Source of the DNA: a virus
Lineage: Duplodnaviria > Heunggongvirae > Uroviricota > Caudoviricetes
Virus record (IMG/VR): IMGVR_UViG_2645727991_000019
Location: 1 to 31,402 of that record
Length of the DNA stretch: 31,402 bases
Direction: 5' to 3' (one strand)
The translations under genes and the position numbers were made by a program. The notes under the pieces are model-generated. The model was not told the DNA's origin. It worked only from the letters and a program-made list of their open reading frames with translations, and searched no databases. The first letter of the stretch is position 1. The number at the start of each line of letters is the position of its first letter. Below, in pieces: positions 25,525 through 31,402 of this stretch.

Positions 25525-27795
25525 TTAATTAGGAAAAACACTCCCAGTTGGAATTTTTTTAAATTTATATTTCCTCCCATCGAAACATACTGTCGCACCG
25601 CGTGCTAATACCTGTGGTTCCCATTGATTCGGCGTAATACCCTCCTGAGCCAACTCGAATCTTATACGTGGCGTCTGTTCCCGTTCAGCTTTTGTCATTC
25701 GTCCTGAGGGCGCTATCTGATAAGGTTTTAATGGCTCACAGCTCTTTTGCTGGCGATTTGGTCGTGGCGCATCGTGTTTTAGTGCGCATCTGAGCACCGT
25801 CACGACTTCAGGGTCATCCCAGCCGATAACCCCGCGCTCAATCAGATTCAACACCGCTGCTGCTTGCTCAGAAGGTATGGATGTCATAGCAGGATCGCCA
25901 CCGCTAGTTAGCTTTCCACAGTTATTGACAGGACTCCGAGGCGCGGCGATGCCGCTTTTTAAAGTCAAAGGCTCAACGACCGGAACTTTCGGCACAATGC
26001 GCCAGTCCGTCGTTCTGGTGATATGAATATGACGCGCGCCGAGATGCGGCGCGTAAATGCCGACCACTCTCTCGACTTCTTCCTCGTACTCGTTAACTTC
26101 ATCCGACGGACTACGGGCAACCCTGACAGTCTGACAATCGCGCGGAACATTTGCCCCACCCTGCGCGCTGATATACAACGCAAAATCACCACTGTCTGCG
26201 GCAGCGCGTGCAGCCTCGACGCGTTCGTCAAACTCATCAGCAATGCTGACGCCGCGAGGCAATTTGCGTAGTTCACGGTAAGCCCCCATTGTCGGCAGGC
26301 CAACCGTTTTAAATTGCGGAATGCGCCACGTTGATGCCCATGCGGTAACAGCCGCGGCAGTGTCTTTCAGCGGCCTGCCGGTATCGTTATCGAGCTGACC
26401 ATCCAGTGCATAGCCATCGATGTTTTTTGAGATGTATTTCGCGATATACCCCGCAGCACCGCCCCGGTTAAGGTGTTTTGCCTGAAAACGGTTTCGCGCA
26501 GCTCCTCTTTCGTCGCCATCCTCTTTGAGCGCGTAGCGACGCATGATTTCAATAATCTGGTTACGCTGGCGTGGATTACAAAAAAGCATCATATGCCAGT
26601 GCGGCGTTCCGTCGTGGTGTGGCTCGACGACACGCAAACCGTAGACCTGTAAATCATTATCCTTGAATGCCGTTCGCATCAGGCTCCAGATATGGCAGAG
26701 ATAACGCTGCGCATCCTTTGGATTAAATGCCTCATCGTTCCAGCCGTGATTTAGCTGGACGGTTTTACTTTCGCCTTTTCCGACCTGACGTGTCGGGTGA
26801 TACTTTGACGGCGCGGTCAGCGTGATAAACATCCCCACATCACCCTCTGCTGCGGCGTAACGCTCAATACCGGCAATGGTGTTCATCAGCTCCATCCGGC
26901 GAATTTCAGGATTAGAAATACTGCCCATCACCTTACTGATAAGGTCGATGCGCTCGCCGGTTTCCCTGTTTTCGAGATCACACGATTTAAGAAATTCCAG
27001 ATTTGCCTGGCGGCGTGCACGCACATCACGAATGGCATGTTTACTGGCATAAGGAGAACGGTCTTTATTGACCTCCCCGACAGCAATCAGTAACGCCTCA
27101 TGCCAGCGCATACGCTGGCCTTTGAGCTGATGAGTCCACCACTCATCGTTAAACAGACGGGCAATGGCAGAATATGCCTGCCTCGTGGTCATCTGTCCTT
27201 TACGGTATTTTTTCCAGTAAAGCGGGGAAATATTGAAAGCACGTGCAGCGCCAGCAACATGACCATAGAGGTGAGCCTGCGCCTCATCCGTAAACAGCGA
27301 TTCTTTTTCGCCATGTGCATCCACCCAGGCATCGCTGAGTTCCTCATACATCATGAAAAGCTGCGATGAGATACGGGCGGCAAACTTTTTCAGCTCCTTG
27401 TCATTCATTCCCGGCAGGCGCGCATAGTGGTCACGCTCTGCCAGAAACAGCAACGACGCGTCGGTGTTCATTTCATGGCGCTGATTCACACGCTCAATGC
27501 GCGGCCATAAACGACGCTGAAAAGTGGATGTGAGGAAATAAAACCCGTGCACCGGGCTTTTATTGCGCCGGATGTAGTCATAGCGTGAAGTAAACAGCGA
27601 GCGCAAAAAGTAAGGCAGGCGGTTAATCGTGGATAAAACACCTTGCACCTGACGCATCTCGTCACGTGTAAGGGGTCTTTCGCGCCCGACGGCCTCGCGT
27701 GGCGCGTTCCATGCATAAGCACCGGTAAACGTCTTACCGGTGCCTGCGGCAAATGCTGACGGAGGGACAAAACGCCCGGAGGCTTTAACGGCCAT
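25525..27795 (-). CDS. A: Replication initiation protein A (rolling-circle nickase)
   Basis: Large ORF; from the Met at 27795 the protein starts MAVKASGRFVPPSAFAAGTGK..., matching the P2 gpA N-terminus as I recall it. The ORF-track start at 27837 adds 14 residues and would overlap the upstream gene by 53 nt. Confidence 0.88.
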   Translation of the reverse strand: MAVKASGRFVPPSAFAAGTGKTFTGAYAWNAPREAVGRERPLTRDEMRQVQGVLSTINRLPYFLRSLFTSRYDYIRRNKSPVHGFYFLTSTFQRRLWPRIERVNQRHEMNTDASLLFLAERDHYARLPGMNDKELKKFAARISSQLFMMYEELSDAWVDAHGEKESLFTDEAQAHLYGHVAGAARAFNISPLYWKKYRKGQMTTRQAYSAIARLFNDEWWTHQLKGQRMRWHEALLIAVGEVNKDRSPYASKHAIRDVRARRQANLEFLKSCDLENRETGERIDLISKVMGSISNPEIRRMELMNTIAGIERYAAAEGDVGMFITLTAPSKYHPTRQVGKGESKTVQLNHGWNDEAFNPKDAQRYLCHIWSLMRTAFKDNDLQVYGLRVVEPHHDGTPHWHMMLFCNPRQRNQIIEIMRRYALKEDGDERGAARNRFQAKHLNRGGAAGYIAKYISKNIDGYALDGQLDNDTGRPLKDTAAAVTAWASTWRIPQFKTVGLPTMGAYRELRKLPRGVSIADEFDERVEAARAAADSGDFALYISAQGGANVPRDCQTVRVARSPSDEVNEYEEEVERVVGIYAPHLGARHIHITRTTDWRIVPKVPVVEPLTLKSGIAAPRSPVNNCGKLTSGGDPAMTSIPSEQAAAVLNLIERGVIGWDDPEVVTVLRCALKHDAPRPNRQQKSCEPLKPYQIAPSGRMTKAEREQTPRIRFELAQEGITPNQWEPQVLARGATVCFDGRKYKFKKIPTGSVFPN

Positions 27796-28060
27796 ATGAG
27801 CTAAAAGCCTCTGAACAACGCTTGCTGAGTTGCTCAACCTGCGCGTTTAAATCAGCAAAAGACTTTGCGCTTCCGGTAAGAATATCGTGATGCATCAGGC
27901 CGGAAACGAGCTGGCTTAATTTCGGGTAATAACCAACCACCGCCAGCCATTCCTGGCCGGCGTTTTTACCGCTTTCCGCTCTCTTTTTCTCGTGGAGAAT
28001 AAACTGAAAGCTGTCACTGGTAACGACATAACGTTCGCCAATTTCGATACGAATACTCAT
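27785..28060 (-). CDS. Early-operon hypothetical protein (position of P2 orf83)
   Basis: 91-aa ORF immediately upstream of A in the early operon. Confidence 0.6.
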   Translation of the reverse strand: MSIRIEIGERYVVTSDSFQFILHEKKRAESGKNAGQEWLAVVGYYPKLSQLVSGLMHHDILTGSAKSFADLNAQVEQLSKRCSEAFSSYGR

Positions 28061-28281
28061 GCCATTCTCCGGTAATGCTTGTTTTTTGCTTCAAAGACTG
28101 ACTGGCAGGAAACACAACGCGTGGCTGACGGATAAGCCGCACGACGGGCAGCAGGTATTGGCGCATCACACTCTTCGCAAACCAGCGCAGAAGCACCGCA
28201 ATGTTTTCCCCTTGCCGCGTTAATCTGGCGCTCCAGTAATTCAGCCTGTTGTTCCTGAATGAAATCTACGTTGTCCGGCAT
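28057..28281 (-). CDS. TraR/DksA-family C4 zinc-finger protein (position of P2 orf82)
   Basis: 74-aa ORF containing CxxC (CEEC) and a second Cys pair (CVSC); the size and four-Cys pattern are typical of phage TraR/DksA-like proteins. Confidence 0.7.
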   Translation of the reverse strand: MPDNVDFIQEQQAELLERQINAARGKHCGASALVCEECDAPIPAARRAAYPSATRCVSCQSVFEAKNKHYRRMA

Positions 28282-28586
28282 TACCAGCTCCTTTTGTCGT
28301 TCAGTTTCTTAAATTCATCAGCGCAATAGCTGGCGAGTTCTGTCGTTAATTTTGTCAGTTCATCCACTGAGGAAATTTGCTTGTGAAATACAGCGCGTTT
28401 TACAAGTAAATTGATCACATCAGACAGGAGGTTTAATTCGCTCTGATAAATCGCGATAACAGATTCAGTTATGTCGCGCTTTTCTTTATCAAGACCAAGT
28501 TGAATAAGAGACAAATCGCCATTTTCCATAACGGCGATTTTTAAGGCGTTATTCAGTAATACAATTGAACGAGAACAGGACATCAA
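28281..28586 (-). CDS. Early-operon hypothetical protein (position of P2 orf81)
   Basis: 101-aa ORF with ATGA-type overlaps to both neighbours. Confidence 0.6.
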
Positions 28587-28840
28587 AGCACCTCCCCACG
28601 AGACAATCCGATATTGTGAAATTTTTCCGACTCCTGACTGAGCAGCTCGACTATCTCCACGCGGGATAACTCCGCCTTTGTGATGTGGCGAATCATGGCG
28701 TCAAGATGAGAAGAAAAGCGCGTCGCAGCGTCGGCCTGTGCTTCAGTTCTGGCCTGTTGCAGCAGTAATGCGTATATACCGCACTGATTTTCAGAAACTG
28801 TATGCATGACTTTCTCCAGGCAAAAAGAAGCCCCGCACAA
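28583..28840 (-). CDS. Early-operon hypothetical protein (position of P2 orf80)
   Basis: 85-aa ORF downstream of B. Confidence 0.55.
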
Positions 28841-28870
28841 TTAAGTGCGTTGAAAACTCTGTTTAATTAC

Positions 28871-29371
28871 TTAATGCAGATATTGCTCTGGTTTTACCGA
28901 CGTCAGAATTGTCGGTGCATACTCAAACAGACTGAATAATTCACGTAATGCACGGAATAAAGCATCACGCCAGTAACATGATTCTTCATTAATTCGCCAG
29001 TATGGCTGGTTAAATTCTTTTTCTGTCAGTCGTGCGTGCATAAATAAAGTGCGACGCTGACTGACTGTTAAAAAACTAATATATGCATACTCACTTGCGC
29101 CAACCTGACGGCGTTTTGAGAATGCCCCACGCAATTCATCAATTGCACAAACCAGTCGTTCACGTTCGACGTCGTTCATTTCTTCAAAACGCATCGTTGC
29201 GTGACGCTGTTTTAACTGCGCATGGAAGCAAACCGTTAGCCGTTCACGTTCCATCATCTGATTATAATAATCGCATGTCTCCTGCCAGCGAGGGACGGCA
29301 AGATGCTTGCCAATTATCCGGCGCATAGCTGCTGGCTGTTTTTCAACGAGATTGAGCGTCATCACTGTCAT
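28871..29371 (-). CDS. B: Replication protein B (helicase-loader-like)
   Basis: 166-aa ORF starting MTVMTLNLVEKQPAAMRRIIGKHLAVPRWQ..., matching P2 gpB as I recall it. Confidence 0.88.
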   Translation of the reverse strand: MTVMTLNLVEKQPAAMRRIIGKHLAVPRWQETCDYYNQMMERERLTVCFHAQLKQRHATMRFEEMNDVERERLVCAIDELRGAFSKRRQVGASEYAYISFLTVSQRRTLFMHARLTEKEFNQPYWRINEESCYWRDALFRALRELFSLFEYAPTILTSVKPEQYLH

Positions 29372-29538
29372 TTCCAGACCCTCCGGCTTTTCAGAAAGGT
29401 CAGAGCCTTTTTTAACGGACTCTGTTTTTTGGTGCGGATAATGATTCCCTTGCGTCCCTTCCCGTGGGTGATGGTAAAGTCAATCGCCCTGGGGCTTTCG
29501 TTACGCAATAACTGAGCAATACAACGAGGCTCGTTCAT
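29368..29538 (-). CDS. Small early-operon hypothetical protein (position of P2 orf78)
   Basis: This is the 56-codon ORF from the internal Met that begins after the cox stop; its stop overlaps the B start (ATGA). The start assignment is uncertain. Confidence 0.45.
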   Translation of the reverse strand: MNEPRCIAQLLRNESPRAIDFTITHGKGRKGIIIRTKKQSPLKKALTFLKSRRVWK

Positions 29539-29548
29539 CCTTTCCACC

Positions 29549-29920
29549 TTAAGCCGCACGGCCATGTCTTGATTTGCTGTAACTAATGCGATTTTTCCAG
29601 TCATGCCATTCTGTCGGAGCTTCATCAACCAGTTGGGCTGCGTACTTGTCCCACTCACGGCGATTAATCCATAATTCAGCTTTCCCTCTTGGTTTTAATG
29701 GGTCTGTCATGTAGAAGGCTGGCAGCTTTCCTGCTTTAGCCATTTCAGCCACCGCGCGTGGTGTCTTACCGATGTAAAGAGCAAAACCTTCTTTCGACAG
29801 CAAATCAGATGGGCGCTCTGAAATCTGAATGCTTTTACGTTTGGCTTCATTTTCGAAACTTGCCTCATCGCTAGTTGGACAAGAAATTTCTACATTTGTC
29901 GTCACTTTGCTATCCTCCAT
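29549..29920 (-). CDS. cox: Cox-like regulator (excisionase / early repressor family)
   Basis: First gene of the early operon, divergent from C. The segment GFALYIGKTPRAVAEMAKAGKLPAFYMTDP resembles the P2 Cox helix region. The start is uncertain: a GTG at 29905 preceded by GGAGGA is an alternative. Confidence 0.7.
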   Translation of the reverse strand: MEDSKVTTNVEISCPTSDEASFENEAKRKSIQISERPSDLLSKEGFALYIGKTPRAVAEMAKAGKLPAFYMTDPLKPRGKAELWINRREWDKYAAQLVDEAPTEWHDWKNRISYSKSRHGRAA

Positions 29921-30013
29921 AAGATTTGCGATTCACCAACTGGAGCCATCTAGAGCCTTTTTGAGCGAATCACAAATTGCCAAGTAGCAATATAATTGGA
30001 GATTAGCAAAATT
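29921..30013. promoter_or_regulatory. Lysis-lysogeny switch region (divergent Pe/Pc promoters and operator) between cox and C
   Basis: Intergenic region between divergent cox and C. It contains a TATAAT hexamer at 29991..29996 and two imperfect direct repeats (GCGATTCACC at about 29928 and GCGAATCACA at about 29965). Confidence 0.5.
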
Positions 30014-30313
30014 ATGTCAAGTGAACAAAGTGAGAAACTAAAGCTCATCCGTGAATCTGAACGCCTTAAAACTAAGGAACTTGCTGAATTAATTGGAATT
30101 AATTACTACACATATCATGGATATGAATCAGGAAAATCAAAAATGCCTATGGAAGCAGGTATGAAGCTGTTTAAGCATCCACGCTTTCGCAAGTATCGTG
30201 ACTGGTTCATGTTTGATGAAACAGATCCAGCAGCTGGACAAATAGCCCCGGCTCTCGCACACATTGGGCAAGACTCAACAACCTTGCACCACTCAGACCA
30301 GAAGACTGGCTGA
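30014..30313 (+). CDS. C: Immunity repressor C (HTH, XRE-like)
   Basis: From the ATG at 30014 the protein is 99 aa; its C-terminus GQIAPALAHIGQDSTTLHHSDQKTG closely matches the P2 C C-terminus as I recall it. The ORF-track start at 29996 is a TTG. Confidence 0.85.
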   Translation: MSSEQSEKLKLIRESERLKTKELAELIGINYYTYHGYESGKSKMPMEAGMKLFKHPRFRKYRDWFMFDETDPAAGQIAPALAHIGQDSTTLHHSDQKTG

Positions 30314-30406
30314 CGATTTATTCAGCATATGTGTGTAGTAAATGTACGAAAGAAAATTGCATTAATTTTCAAGTAGTAGAAGTAAACAGCGTCATCGGAG
30401 GGCTTT

Positions 30407-31402
30407 ATGTCTATTAAAAAGCTCGATGATGGTCGTTATGAAGTGGACGTCAGACCGCAGGGTGCAGATGGAAAACGTATCAGGCGGAAATTTAAAACTA
30501 AAGGTGAAGCTCAGGCATTCGAACGTCATGTACTGGTTAACTACCACAACAAAGAGTGGTTGGAGAAACCAGCCGACCGCCGAACTCTTACAGAGTTGTT
30601 AGGTAGATGGTGGATATATCACGGAAAATCACATGAGCGTGGAGATATTGAACGGGGGCGTTTAACGACAATAATCGCCAAATTTGCAGAAATGGGAGTG
30701 TCCAGAGCTGACCAGCTAACAAAGAAAACGATAACTGATTATCGCGTTGTAATGATGAACGATGGTCTAAAACCAGCCAGCGTAAATCGACATCTGGCAA
30801 TAATGAGCGGGATGTTCACCAAGTTAATTGACGCCGGTGAATACCACTCCCACAACCCGTTCCGTGAGATTAAACGGTTACGTGAAGCTGTTACGGAAAT
30901 GGCTTTTTTGTCCAGTGAAGAGATTACGCGGCTGTTATCCATGCTTGATGGTGATGAATTAAATGCAACTCTGGTCTGCCTTTCTACTGGTGGACGCTGG
31001 AGTGAAGTGTCTAATTTAAAAGCTGAACACATCATTAACCAGATGGTTACGTTTATGAAAACTAAAAACGGAAAACGCAGGACAATTCCCGTTTCGCAGG
31101 ACCTGATTAAACGGATCAAGACCAAAAATTCAGGCAGGCTTTTTAATGCCAGTTACTACAAAGTGCGTAACGCTCTCAGGGAAGTAAAACCCGATTTACC
31201 TGACGGACAAGCAGTACATGTTTTGAGGCATACATTTGCCACACATTTTATAATGAATGGAGGTAACATAATCACATTGCAGCGCATCCTGGGTCATTCT
31301 AACATTCAGCAAACTATGACCTACGCACACTTTGCACCGGATTTCTTACAAGATGCTGTGACTCTTAACCCGGTGTCAGGAATGTCCATAATGCGTCCAT
31401 AA
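30407..31402 (+). CDS. int: Tyrosine integrase (P2 Int family)
   Basis: The protein starts MSIKKLDDGRYEVDVRPQGADGKRIRRKF... and carries the conserved catalytic region HVLRHTFATHFIMNGGNIITLQRILGHSNIQQTMTYAHF (R, H-x-x-R, Y). Its stop codon is the last triplet of the window. Confidence 0.92.
   Translation: MSIKKLDDGRYEVDVRPQGADGKRIRRKFKTKGEAQAFERHVLVNYHNKEWLEKPADRRTLTELLGRWWIYHGKSHERGDIERGRLTTIIAKFAEMGVSRADQLTKKTITDYRVVMMNDGLKPASVNRHLAIMSGMFTKLIDAGEYHSHNPFREIKRLREAVTEMAFLSSEEITRLLSMLDGDELNATLVCLSTGGRWSEVSNLKAEHIINQMVTFMKTKNGKRRTIPVSQDLIKRIKTKNSGRLFNASYYKVRNALREVKPDLPDGQAVHVLRHTFATHFIMNGGNIITLQRILGHSNIQQTMTYAHFAPDFLQDAVTLNPVSGMSIMRP

Noticed and set aside
1-31402. Search for tRNA or rRNA genes, IS elements or transposase genes, and att core repeats
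   Set aside because: No tRNA-like or rRNA-like sequence and no transposase-like ORF was seen; the att sites are expected just outside the window and cannot be assessed.

Overview
The window is an almost complete P2-family (Peduovirus-like) prophage of an enterobacterial host, running from the stop codon of ogr (position 1) to the stop codon of the integrase (position 31402); attL and attR lie outside the window. Gene order is collinear with coliphage P2: ogr-D-U-T-E/E'-FII-FI on the minus strand, then a tail-fibre region, H-I-J-W-V, S-R-lysC/lysB-lysA-K-Y-X-L-M-N-O, divergent P-Q on the plus strand, the cos site, then A-B-cox on the minus strand and C-int on the plus strand. Three regions depart from the conserved backbone. 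(1) Between cos and the end of gene A, where P2 carries tin/old, there is a low-GC three-gene operon (23056..25389) whose products I cannot assign to any family; the last protein has a PD-(D/E)xK-like nuclease motif and an acidic (ED)n tail. This is the best candidate for an undescribed anti-phage system. (2) Between S and V there is an AT-rich gene encoding an HNH-motif nuclease, translationally coupled to S. (3) In place of P2 G and Z/fun there is a serine DNA invertase next to an invertible ~1.9 kb tail-fibre segment bounded by 26-bp inverted crossover sites. All assignments rest on reading the translations and on recalled P2 biology; no database search was run.
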